Of a stretch of 64,000 nt of DNA, positions 50,001 through 61,879 are shown one piece after another (positions within the stretch are counted from its first letter, which is position 1; every line of letters starts with the position of its first letter). The position numbers and the translations under genes are program-made. The DNA is from Ramazzottius varieornatus (lineage: Eukaryota; Animalia; Tardigrada), in contig BDGG01000006.1 of assembly GCA_001949185.1 (NCBI GenBank), positions 1,594,827 to 1,658,826 of the forward strand. Reading direction: 5' to 3'. The notes under the pieces were generated by a model that was given only the letters and a program-made list of their open reading frames with translations, was not told where the DNA came from and did not search any database.

Positions 50001-52519
50001 AATGGAAGTAACATGGAAATGCACCGTAGACGTTGGTAGACAGAGACTGTTTACATAATGATGGAAGAAGTCATTTTGGGGGGGTAGTAGTTTGGCCTTT
50101 GTGATTGATGTCTAATGGAGCTGATTAGCTTTGATGAAACTGCAGCAAGAGGCTCTGAGGCTAGACGGAGGAGTGGAAGCAACGTCTGATACACGTCAGT
50201 GTAATTTATTCTGCTGGTGGAAGAAAAGTGCCTGCCGACATGTCTGGAGAAAGCGGGCAGCAAGGAAAGTTTAATGGCGATGGGCGAGGCTCTGTAAGGA
50301 AAGAAAGGGGCTCGTCCTGGGAATGGGGTGGATGTGACTGTGCTGGGGAGGAAAGGAGGAGGAAGACTGAGATGTGTCTTGTGTTGATGTGCGTGTGTTG
50401 TGTGTGTGCCTCATTTACTCTTGAGGCCAAAAGTCTGAACGATACTTGGGACGACGCTAATGGCCTTTGCGTTTTTATGTCTGCTGCTTGTGTTGTGTTG
50501 GTGGGGCTCCTTTCATGTCTGGATGAATGTCCCTTGAACTTTTGACGACGACGTCTTTGTGTCTTTGAGGGGGAAGATGAGGCAAGTCATTTGGGAGCGA
50601 CGGAAGTTGCGTGCAGACTGGAGAGTTGATCATGAGGGGACACACGCCAAGAGATGGGAACAAAGAGGGGCTTGACGTCAAAGCGACTCGACCTCAATCA
50701 GAGCGATCGCTGAGAGCTTTGGTAGACAAAGAGCCTGAAACAAACCGGCGGAAGTGAGGTCTTTGACGAGGGAAAACTTTAGGGATTTCGATGGGGTAGA
50801 TTGTCCGCGCTCATTTGAATGAGTGGAATGAATAATTTGATCAACGGAAAAAAACCCATACAGACACGCGTTGAATGAGCTGCCGTAATCTGCTGAATCT
50901 CTCTCTCTTCAATGGAAGAAACTAAACTCAGATGATCCTGGAAAGCTTTAGGGAAACAGCTGCGCTAAATTAAGACCGGAATCTTTTGTGTCCGGTTGAC
51001 GTTTGAAACGTTGAGATGATTACTAAGCGTACTTGGGCAATCAGAAGTTCAAAGAGAGTGAATGCGAAAATGAATGTGTTGGGATTTTTTTCAGATTGAG
51101 GAAGAAGCAAATCGTCTTTCGGCTCTGGCTAATGGCAAGCGCATCAAGATTGAGGAAGCGGTGTACCCGGGCCATGCAGGCTTCCCGGCCATGTGGTTCA
51201 TCCCTCGGGATAACGAGAAACTGGCCACAGGCTACGTGGCGTCACCTGCTGACATGGCTTCCACCTTCACTCGAGCCGTTGTGTAAGTACAGCTTTCTCA
51301 ACACCTTCGTTCCTGTTTGGGTGGCGTGCAGATGAATCGTACGAAATCGCCACGGCGCACGTGTTTATTGTTATTGTCCGTAAGCGTGCGCTACTTGGAA
51401 AACCGATCTTGCAGAGTTCGTTCATTTTTTCAAGTGACGCACGTTTTGAGTGTTATAGGATGAGACCGTGCGCCGCTTGAGGAGCAGATTTGGTTCGCGC
51501 TATTTGCCCATGGTTAAGTTTATTTTGAAATTTACTAAAATATTGGTATTTTCTTTGTAGATCGGTGAACAACTTGACGGTGGTCAGTAGCGCAAACCAG
51601 AGCGCAATTCCAGCTTACTTGAACAAGGGACCGCCCATGATGATGAACCCGGACAAGATTGTGTTACAATCGCCCTTTGACAAGTAAGTAAAAGGATTAG
51701 AAAGCTTTCAGTAAAATGACAGATTTGGTAGAGAATGGTGAACTATATTTTGTACCTTTTTCTGTACAGGTTTGCCCACGGTGAGAAACTGCCACCGAAC
51801 GTGGCACTGGTTCCCGCGCCACGCAGTGTGGTTTCCATGTCTAGTCAGAGTAGCTTGCCGGCTCGCAGTGATGGTCAACACATGAGCAACCCCTCTTCTT
51901 CTCGTATCGTGCTTTCCTCAAATTTTAACCATGCAGCGGCGGATCGTCAACGAGGTGCAGACTTCCACGAAGCCGCGGATATGATCATCGAGACCGATGA
52001 CGAGTCTTCTTCGGAATCGACACTGTCGATTGATGAAGGTGCGGTCTTTCGTTCTTCCTTCCCCTGGTCCGTCAAAGCTGAAGTGAGTTTTGTGCTTTCA
52101 GGTCGAGAAAAACCTTTCTTGGAAGAACAGGAAGAAGAGCTGTACAGAGTCTTGTCACAAGTCGATTCCGGTGTGAAACGACAAGTGCTGGATGTATACA
52201 GTGTGACGAAACAGCACTACATTAAACAGCTGGAGGACAGCCGACTCGAAAATTACAGATTAAAAATGGTAAGAGTATGGAAAGCCTGTCTAAAACCATT
52301 TACGACATGGAGAAATGAATGGGGCCAGATCGTTCTTTCAAGTAGCGCACGTTTTCGTTTCAGTTATGTGGAGGTGCGCCACTTAGGGAAACAATCTGGT
52401 TGAAAACATTTTGGCCATGTTCGACTTTTTGCATTTTCGAATCTTTTATATATTGATTTTTCTTTGTGTGGTTTCAGAAACTGGAACTTGGTGAGGCATC
52501 ACGGACGGAGTCTTCGTAA
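41001..52519 (+). CDS. SKI: Ski/Sno family Smad co-repressor, multi-exon, with an 8.8-kb intron at 42312-51094
   Basis: [14 protein letters not shown] domain [21 protein letters not shown]...[16 protein letters not shown]-like domain CIECREC...FVLHSH...[14 protein letters not shown], and downstream PPNVALVP. Ski versus SnoN subtype is not resolved. Confidence 0.92.
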
Positions 52520-53381
52520 TTTTTAGCTATTGTATCCTGGACGTGGCTTCACTCGACTGGCTGGAAGTTTTTCTTCTTCTTCTCCTGCGCTGTGTCCCCT
52601 CTTTTCAACCGGTTTTCACTCTCTCCTCCTGTACAGTTGGTTTTTTTTCTTCTTAATTGAGTCATTTTTTGGCATTTACGTTTCGTTTCGTTTTTCGAAC
52701 TGACGATCCACAGACAGACACAATCTTACGATTTTCATATTGTATACCTGGCCGCCGGAGGGTTTACCACTACGATGACGATTAGTAGCGCAGACACGGT
52801 GTTCTTTTTGGCATTATCAGTATTATTTCCTCATGTAGTTGTAGTCTTTAGTAGCTCATTTCACTGTAGCTGGTTGTTGTTTTTATTTTTCATTTTGCAC
52901 ACACCCACATATGCATTACATGGAGAGAACTGTTTGATGTTACTAATGTGGTACCGAGTTTATTTGTAAAGACAATGGCTCATATTTCACCAGTCGGCTT
53001 CGCTGTACGTCAGTTGAGAGCGCCACCTGGCGTTGCGGGAAGAGTGAAGATTTCTGGTTTCCAGACACGGATCCAACAACCCACAACGCTCTAACGTCAC
53101 GAAGGCCAGAAACTTTAACCCGATAGGAGGAATGGACGTCTGGATTCGCGGGGCTCCCCCTGGTGACCGTGTTGTTTAAGGGGAACTACCCTTGACATTC
53201 CAACCTGACGAGCTGACCTTTCTTCCGTGACCTTTACTGGAATGTTACTCACGTGACTCACCGCCTAACGTCATCACCTCGACCGGAAGTGATGACGTCA
53301 TCGGCTCGCTCCGATAACGCAATTATCATTTTCTTTGATTTATTGTGTGGGTCTTTAAGACCTCTTTTTTTTCTTCGGATT

Positions 53382-53785
53382 TTATTTGTTGATCATTCTC
53401 TTCTTACAAGTACAAGGTCTAAAAAGAGGAAAAGAATGCCAAGACTCAGAGACGCCTTCGTCAATGTCCAGGTCCATGAGCAGGTCGTTCTCGTTCTTCT
53501 TCAGTTCTTCCAAGCAAAAGTAATCCTCAACAGGAATCGGCAGCGTCTTCCCGTCCTCGGTCACCTTTTCTAGCAGACAACGATTCTTCGGGTCCTGGTA
53601 CACCATTTTTGCGCACGAATCGATGGCGCACGTTTCGCAGCACGAAGGCAGTCCTTTGTAGTCGTGTCCAAAGGCATAGCAGTAGGCAGTAATTTCCCAT
53701 ACTGCACGCCTATCAGGAACTCTCGACGACATCCCTCATCCGCAGCGATGATTCGGATAACGTCCTCGTACGTGGGATAAACCAT
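53382..53785 (-). pseudogene. Cys-rich unknown protein, paralog A (one frameshift near 53732)
   Basis: MVYPTYEDVIRIIAADEG / ...SCCETCAIDSCAKMVYQ...GKTLPIPVEDYFCL. AATAAA overlaps the stop codon. Confidence 0.65.
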
Positions 53786-53903
53786 GTAGATAATGGGAAG
53801 GAAATAAAAATGAGTAATATGGTTCGTTGATATACAGAAACAGAAGCACCCAGGAATAGTCACTACCGGTTGGAATACAGCTGACGTTTAGCACCCAAAC
53901 AAA

Positions 53904-54248
53904 TCAAAAGTGTTCAGGCGTAAACGAGGTCACTGCCGACTTGGCTGCCTTCCAGCCACGGATATAGGAGCAGTCAGTACACGGGATGATGATTCTAGAA
54001 CCTCGCTGAACGGCTTTGGGAATCAGACCTGCTTTCTTCATGGATTGGTAGACCTTCATGGCACAGGAGTTGCGAGCACAGACATCACAACAGAAGGAGT
54101 TATTTCCTCGGAGTGGCGTTGGAGACCAGAGAGCTTCTACCACAGCAATGACACTTTGGGGTTTCGGATGAAGATAAAAGTAGTCAAGGTGGATGCCGTG
54201 ATAAAGAGCGATACAGTCCACTGCTTCAGCAAAATAATAAGCCGTCAT
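53904..54248 (-). CDS. Cys-rich unknown protein, paralog B (114 aa, intronless)
   Basis: MTAYYFAEAVDCIALYHG...FCCDVCARNSCAMKVYQ...GSRIIIPCTDCSYI aligns with its neighbours. Confidence 0.7.
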   Translation of the reverse strand: MTAYYFAEAVDCIALYHGIHLDYFYLHPKPQSVIAVVEALWSPTPLRGNNSFCCDVCARNSCAMKVYQSMKKAGLIPKAVQRGSRIIIPCTDCSYIRGWKAAKSAVTSFTPEHF

Positions 54249-54291
54249 TTCAATCGTCCGAAAGCTCCACAGGGATGAAATGGTAAAGAAT

Positions 54292-54530
54292 TTAGTGCTC
54301 TCGTCGGGTGTATCCGTACAATGCCACCTTTTGCAAACAGAAGTGATCCGAGCAAAGGATAGGCAACTCTATTCCGGATCGCGTTGTTTCCTCCAGTTGC
54401 TGGCACTCCTTCAGGTGAATGTAGACCTTCCGGTCACAGCGCGCAGATCGCAGGTTCTTGGTTCTTGGCCACAGTGAAACTTCCTCTTCGTCTGTGTAAG
54501 ACATCCTCCAATGGCGAAGTCTCTCTTGTC
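54292..54530 (-). pseudogene. Cys-rich unknown protein, paralog C (5'-truncated)
   Basis: ...RCDRKVYIHLKECQQLEETTRSGIELPILCSDHFCL matches paralog A. The 5' part is replaced by tauD sequence. Confidence 0.55.
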
Positions 54531-55291
54531 CCAGTACCAGAGACGCTCGAGAAATTATCATGCTAGACACCAGTCCGGAAAATCTTCCAGATAGTGACGC
54601 TTGGAATACTGATGTCACTTTTATCAAAGTAAGCTTCTTCTGCCGTATCCTCACCTTTTAAGTTGTTCACCTTGTTCCAAAAGGTTGCCTGCACTGCTGG
54701 TATCTAGACTCCGCCCATCGGATCGGTCTTGATGGCGCGAATGTTACCACCGGGCGGCGGGGATACTTCCTGGTCTAGCAACGTGACGGCTCATAACGCC
54801 CTATCCCAACCGTTCCGTCGTTTTCTGCACGGGCTAACCGCCGTGCATGTCTCTACACATGATTTCACGAAGGAGCAACATGCCGGCGGAGATCAAGCGA
54901 AATGGAACGAGGCGGTAGGTAGCCAAACATCAAGGAATATACAGCTTCTCTCAGACTTGGTCCAAAGATATACGCATTATCTTCACTTTAACAGGTTAAG
55001 AATAATCCACCGGTGGTCCATCCCGTTACAGGAAAGTTAGGCCTTTTCATCAACAGTATCTGGACCACACGTATTGTGGAACTGAGCAAGTCGGAGAGCG
55101 ACATGGTCTTGCGGTATCTGTTCACGCATTGCGCTAAGCCCGAATTTACGGGTCGTTGGAAATGGAGTGTGGGTGATGTGGCCTTCTGGGATACCCGCTT
55201 GACACAACACTACGCATTGGCAGATTACTTGCCTCGCCGACGCATCATGCATCGCGCTACCATCCTGGGAGACGAGCTTGGAGGCCCCTAG
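54530..55291 (+). pseudogene. tauD: Bacterial-type taurine dioxygenase (TauD) with two spliceosomal introns, 5'-truncated
   Basis: EIIMLDTSPENLPDSDAWNTDVTFIK | intron 54629-54707 | TPPIGSVL...GGDTSW...ALSQPFRRFLHGLTAVH...WNEA | intron 54915-54994 | ...HPVTGK...[31 protein letters not shown]. Confidence 0.88.
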
Positions 55292-56012
55292 GTTATCCTA
55301 TCGAGACAACCTTCCCACCATAGTAGCTGCCTTACGGACAGGAGGAATATACTGCGTAATAGCATGTTTCAAGAAAACCTTTCCAGCTAAAGTCCATGAT
55401 ATATTAGAGTTCAGTCTTTTTGACGGTACAAATTCTCATAATGGTATTTCGCCAAAACGGATTATACTGAGCCAACAAGATGCCGCATCACAACCGCTTG
55501 TCCAACTTTGGGCCATCGCCGCGAGCATCTGTCTCGGATGGAAAATCGGTGGTGCTACGTTCCTACCAGGACACCAAAGCTTTTAGACCGCGATCTACCT
55601 GCAAAGACTCACCGAACGACCAATCATGCGTAATACGATACGCAAACGATGGCAACCCACCCGGTTACCCAGCCGATTCTCGTTCCCTGACACGCAAAGT
55701 CACAGAATCACTATACTCAACCAAGTAAAGCTTCCGACTTTCGGACCCCGCTTCCCTGAATGCCCGAGTTCGGGACTTCTGACTTCCTGCTTCCTGATTC
55801 CAAACCAATCAAGTAATTCCCAATCAAACCTGGAGCACAACACGCCAAGAAACCGTAAATTCATACTGCTCCCCGGAATTACCGTCGATCAGCCTGAAAG
55901 CTGCATCGACGTACAAGTAAAACGTAAACAAAGAGGCGGTCCTCAACCAGCCACAGCACAGACTAGGAACTCAGAGCCATAGGAAAGAAGGAAGCGGCGG
56001 GGTTACGTAGCA

Positions 56013-56500
56013 GTGGTACCCACCTCGTCTTTACGTTATTTCTGGTTCACTGGTCTCCACTTCCCAGATAACCGACAACCAGCCGCAGAACTGGCACTTG
56101 CGGTCAGGCGATTCCGTCGGGCTGTTCGGCCTTTCCGATTCTGTTATGCCATGGCCATTTTCAGTCTTACCGTTACTCTTCTGTGCTTTACCGACAACGT
56201 TGAATACTTCTTCCGCGAAAACTCGGCTGCTTTCTGTAGCCTGTTCGTACTTGTCCGGGGTTACAAACTATTTTGGCGAATGCGTACAGTTCGCCATCAT
56301 CCTGCCTCTGCTGGTCTGGTCCCGAAAATCAACCGACAAGCTCTTGCGGCAGGTTGACAATGTCTTGGTGAAGTATTTTCGAAGAAGAAAGCAGAGATTT
56401 TTCGAAGAAAATCCATCGTTTTCGCTTTGTGGTATCTTGCCTCGGGCTGATTGAATATTATGGAAACTTGAGATGGCGGTTGTGCACCGCGAATTCTTCG
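56013..56500 (+). pseudogene. Frameshifted multi-TM fragment, possibly gustatory-receptor-like
   Basis: SLRYFWFTGLHFP...CYAMAIFSLTVTLLCF continues in another frame as VTNYFGECVQFAIILPLLVW. Confidence 0.3.
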
Positions 56501-57973
56501 GGTCTACGCCTTACTCTGGATAGACGGCGCGTAACCGGCACACGCAGTGGCATTGTTTGCCTGCTTAAAGTACACGCGCGAAGGGAAAGTTGGGAACATG
56601 CGGAAAAGACGGCGAACTGAGAATTCAACCGTAGGAAATTGTCAAAAAGTGCATTGGTGTGAATTGCACACGTACGTACGAGCTTCCGTTCCGCTGTTTC
56701 GGAATCACCTGTTCCAAACTTTCCCTTCGAGCGTGTACATCTTTTTCCGGTAACGCCGAGGCCATTACCCAGATGTACTACACCTCTTTGACTACAATGT
56801 CTTAACTGCCGGTTTCCGAAGTATCATTATTATCCATAGACTAGATCGAGCGATCCACTGGACGTGAAGGTCGTCGACTGCGTCAAACGCCATCTTGAAC
56901 TTTACCATAAGACTTGTGGGCAACATTATCCCCTGTCCAGATCGAAATGCGTTCAAGTTCCTTCCCAGTCGACCGGTGGCCAAGAACATCGTTACCGGTT
57001 TAACTGAAGGATTTTGGGTGCATTTGAAATACCTTACGTCGGTACAGCCTTTTGTATCCTCAAACTTAAGAAGCGCCATGTTGGAATATCGGACCAGATG
57101 AATTAGCTACCACCATGGTCCAACCGGCAAGATGAGCTAACTTTTAATGAAAAGGTACTGAATGCTGCCGCGTATCCGATAACAAGAAGTTGTACGTCGT
57201 TGAATGCTCCCGAATATTCCGTTCTGCCTTGTTTTCGCCCTTTCTGGATCAATACGCGTATTAACTCACTTTGTGGAAAGCAGACATTCGCTGTCAAGTA
57301 AGCGGATAGGAAGGTGACTGGGAGATGGGAAAAAGCTCTACCGGATAAGAGGGACCTCGAGCTCCATGACAGATTAGAGCCACCCCTTCCCCAGTTTCCG
57401 TCGATTCCAAAGGATAATTATACCTTTATGTCACACGCAACCTTGCCAGCAAAAGGTGGCAGACGGGCGGGAAGAAGAACCTCTTCGGGTGATTTGATTA
57501 GTAATCTTCCAAAGAAGGCTTAACGAAAGACCATTCATATCCCTCATCATAGTCCTTCATTTTTTGTGCGCTACCTTACCATCCGCACTGAGCTCGGTGA
57601 AAAGCAGAGTATGCTGATCCCGGATTTTGCAACTGAGCAAGTGGTAATCGAGACCCAAGATAATATGTCATTGTACTGCACGTGGACCGAACGAAAAAAC
57701 TGAACACTAACAGCTGATCTGACACAATAAAAATGTAAGAGATCTAACACGGCAAGCTTACACGCGACCACGTTAACACCGAAATTTAAAAATTGGTTTG
57801 GGACGGGTAAAAATGGCAGGCATATTTGTTCTTTGGTCTCAGGGGTGGCGACGAACCAGGACATAATCCTTCCGTATGGTTTCCATACATGCTTTCAACC
57901 TATACGAAACACAGCGGTAAGCTCCCACGACCGACAACCGAAACACATACTGTGATAGTAAGATGGCATTGAC

Positions 57974-59820
57974 TTACGTGTCTTCTGCAGTTCTAATTCT
58001 TTCTTCGAGTCGAAGTTGAATCCGCTCGTTCAGATCCATCAAGATCATGTCATCGTTTGCCAACTGCTTTCGGCTTCCCGACAGTTGATTATCGTTACTG
58101 ATGAGTCTACTCTGATGAGGTGCGACGGACTGCGAACGCGAGTTTCTCAGACTAAAACCCAGGGCCGCTTTTGGGGAGTTTAGCTCACGAAGTAACTGCT
58201 TTGAGATGCTACGCGTGTCTTCACTGTTCCGATTCGTCTGTGTACTGGTTTGCGGCTGGTTGGACCGATTCACCGCCTCATTGGTCGTCACTGGCTCAAA
58301 GTATGACGAAGACCGGCGCATCGAAGTTTCTTCTTCCTTCCCCTCAGAATACCTTCCCGCGCTAACTTCGCCTGTTTCTTTGTCGGACACCGGTTCGTCC
58401 TTCTGGAGCTTCTGAACCGAGCTAAAACCCGAGTCGCGCAAAAGCTCACTGTTCACCTTCTCGATCTGCGCCACTTCCCGTTGGAGGTCGGCCATGCGTT
58501 GATCGTGCGAGTACGATCGAGACATGGACATGACGCGAGAAGGCGGCTTGCTGTTGCGCCCTCGGCTCGGTTCGTTGTCCGAGTCGGACGGCTTAGGCTT
58601 TGTAGCGGCGGAATCAGTGGACGGAGATCGAGCTCGTTGTTGCTGAGACTGCGAGATTGCAGACAACTGTCTCACGGGCACTTCCTGATCGGTCGATTCG
58701 CACTTGTCAGCGGAGGTGTGTCGATGGCGACCTCGAGGAGGTTTCTGAAATGAGAAGGATAAGCTGTGGGTACTACTGTATATTACGGATGAAGTACTGG
58801 AGGTAGAGTATTGAACGTACCGTAGAGTGTCTTTCAAGGTAATCCAGACGAGACTGGTGCGTGTCGAGACGCTTGATTATACTCCGATCGAGCTCGACGT
58901 TGTGATCGGTAAGCTCGCGTTCAATCTTGATCAGTCGATCCTCGATCGATCGAAACTGGATATTCTGGTGCGACTCCTGTGGAAACAAAGTACTTCAGGG
59001 TGGACGGGGTAAACTCATCAAGATGAAAGCGATAAAGCTCTCAATATTTAAACAACATGCTTCAGGCGCCTCTTCGCCCCACAAGTCCTACTACATTCCA
59101 CCAAGATAGGTCTTGTCTTACCAGAGATATCAACCGGTCCAAGACGGTCCTTGTCAGCCCATCGTCCCCGTTCCTGTTCGCTTGCGGCATGGTCGACCTC
59201 AGTACTTCCAAACGAGGTCCCAGGTTACTATCTACAAAACAAATGTGACGCAAAATTTCGCTCGCTCCTTCATAACACTTCAGCTGTAAAATTCTGTCTC
59301 CAAAAAAAACCCTGAAACTTTATCTGAAATCTAAAGCGAGTTCGACAGTGGCGACACCATATTCATTTCTAGCCTGCCCTAGAAAACTTGGTAAATTTCT
59401 CGAGGAATATATTGGAAAAACCAAAAGACGAAAAATTAGACACAATGAAAAGCGATTGGAAGTTCGGGGGAAAATCACGAGGTTGTTCTTACCTTGCTGA
59501 GTGTCGAAAAGTTCGCGGTTCAGACTGGACGAGGCATTCCAGCTGCGTTCGATGCCTTCATCGGCACTGACTTCCTCCTCATCACTGCCACCATCTTCGC
59601 CACTTCCAGTTGCTCCAGCCCGCACAGCGGTCTCTTTCACCACACGCCAAGGTACACTACCGTCAGGTGCGGTGATGCTGGCAGGTCTCATGGGCTGGCT
59701 GTAAGACCTGTCTCGATCGTTGAGGCTGCTGCCATACAGACTCTTGTTGGAGGAGAAAGAGTCGTGCAGCCGCTCAACGATCCGTCCGACCTTCTCTCTC
59801 CCACCACCCTCGCCGTCCTG
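57974..59820 (-). CDS. Multi-exon unknown protein, Ser-rich/disordered with coiled coils (ends uncertain)
   Basis: Long open exons bounded by GT-AG sites (about 59820-59493, 58981-58821, 58746-57977). Coiled-coil segments IEDRLIKIEREL and MADLQREVAQIEKVNSEL. Confidence 0.55.
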
Positions 59821-59996
59821 TGAAGGGAATGGTAAAAGGTTGTACCATCAAATCACACAAATCGATATCATCAATGGAAATTAGGGCAGCAGTGAACACA
59901 GGTGCGCCATAGAGGAAAATCAGACGGAAAACAATATCGATCAAGCGACATCAACAGCCTCATAAAAATTAAAATAATAAATTAGAAATTTCCTCG

Positions 59997-61300
59997 GTGA
60001 TAAATTGCTCTTACATTTCTAGTTTCCCGATCTTTACTCTCGTTGAGTTTCTTCTGAGATTTCCACAAGGAGCGCAGTTCGTGGGCAATGTCGGCGATCT
60101 CTTCCACTTTGCTCAGCGGATGGCCGGGACAAACATATTGGTACAGAGGGAGAGCTTGATCATGGCCGATGATTTGGCGAAGACACTAAAGGCAAATGTA
60201 CGCAAATGCTTCGCTCATGACAAAAGCTTACGGGGACACGTGTTGTTTTTTTACCGAGAAAAATCGTCTGGCAAAGCCTTCCCGATCGATCACTTTGTCG
60301 TTCAAAATGTACTGGTCCAAATAGACCTCCTTCTCGTCAAAAAGCCTCCGGAAAGTCTTGTAGAGATAAAGGTAAATCTGGAAACAGATGCATGGTCCGC
60401 CTTTCTTCAACCTGAAAAGAATTCGGAATTGCCTGCCAGAATATTCAAAAATATCTCGAGCATCTTCCACCTCATTTCTGCTGCGGAAATATTCGACCTA
60501 CTTGTCAAGCTTTGCTTCCAGAGTAGTAACAGGAAATCCGACGGCTTGCAGCTCTTCGAAAACAGGAAGAAGTCGACTGGATTCCAGACGGATTTGATAA
60601 TCACACGAGTCGCTCGACGTTGACATTGTTGTCTTTCCTTGCGCTGATCGCTTCCACAATATCACACCATAAACTTTAACGCACCATTGTAAACAGTAAA
60701 AGCCGTAAAACCGTAACGATGTGCAGCCTGAGCCGAAGAGGAAATGCGCCAAGACATCGGAGAGATAAAGAGATAAAATCCGCCGTCAATGCTTCACATG
60801 TCAACACTGCCGTAAAAGAAGTCGCGGAGCTGTCAGCGTAAACCTGCAACCACAGAAAAGAATACTGCGAAGAGTAACGACCGCCTCGAGTGGTAACGGG
60901 CGTAATTCTTACCGGAAAACAACGACCAGGAATATTCCGCAACTAGCTGTGACGAGATTCATCAATCTTCCAGGACGATGCCGTCCTCATCGCACAGATG
61001 AAATGCGAGGATAAGTCAGGGACAGATCTGATTATCAGCTTCCGTGACGGGGTAGTAGGATATTCACCTGAAAAAGTAAACGGAGAGCGCAGGATTCAGG
61101 AATGATCGATACGAGGTGGCAGTCAGGCCGGCGTGATCTTCCATCAGCTTACCCGGACGCAATACTCTTATCCAGTTCCAAAGGCTATGATAGCTCGGCC
61201 CGCTCATAGCGCTTTGTGCGCCGTGTCACCGAAGGTATGGTAGACAGGTAAGATCGTTTACGGCGAGTGGAAAGCAGAACAAGCCGCTGCAGATCTTCAT
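59997..61300 (-). pseudogene. Degraded unknown gene
   Basis: One long minus-strand frame (...LEAKLDK*VEYFR...QHVSP*AFVMSE...) is broken by isolated stops, with hydrophobic remnants upstream. Confidence 0.4.
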
Positions 61301-61879
61301 ATTCGATTTTGAAAATCTGAGTTTAGAACATCGGGTCAATCAATGATCACCACTGATTGCGAAATTTATGAAAACAAGGAACGCATTTCGTCACCCATTA
61401 CGTCACACCTGTTGATCCGCATTTTGACAAACCGATGGTGCCTGGGTCAGTTACGTCAGGGACTCATTCACATATCGGCATGGATGTACCGGTAGCAAAG
61501 AGGGGATAGCTTGACAAACTGCACTGCGGAAGGCCAAATTTGGCACGCCGATACAAAGCCCTCAACCGGTATCAAGGCATCTACATGTGCCAGCCTGCTC
61601 TCTCATCAAATCACATTGTTTACCCACGTTTATTGTTTACTGTTTACTTGATCTTCTCACCCAAGCTTCGCGGATAGTTGGGCTGTGGCCCGTGGGCAAG
61701 GTTGTTCAAAAATCTGGGGTCATAGCGTAGAGGCACAGCTGATGAAATTTGGGAAGGGCAAGGAAAGGTTTCGGGGTTTTCTTGAAAATTCTCGGCCTCC
61801 ACATGGCAAGCCCCGACCCCCACCTTTGGGCTACCCTGCCCCCTGCCTAAATTTCCTCGACTATACCTCTACGCCGTGA

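Noticed and set aside
42400-51000. Numerous 60-185 aa ORFs in the Ski intron
   Set aside because: They are low-complexity Pro/Ser/Thr-rich translations caused by strand skew, with no recognisable motifs.
54531-54654. N-terminal part of ORF 54292-54654 as real protein
   Set aside because: It is the antisense of the tauD exon and intron.
54530-55291. Bacterial contamination as the source of tauD
   Set aside because: Two canonical spliceosomal introns and decay in place argue for genomic residence.
59997-60623. 208-aa plus-strand ORF
   Set aside because: It reads like the antisense shadow of a decayed minus-strand coding frame.
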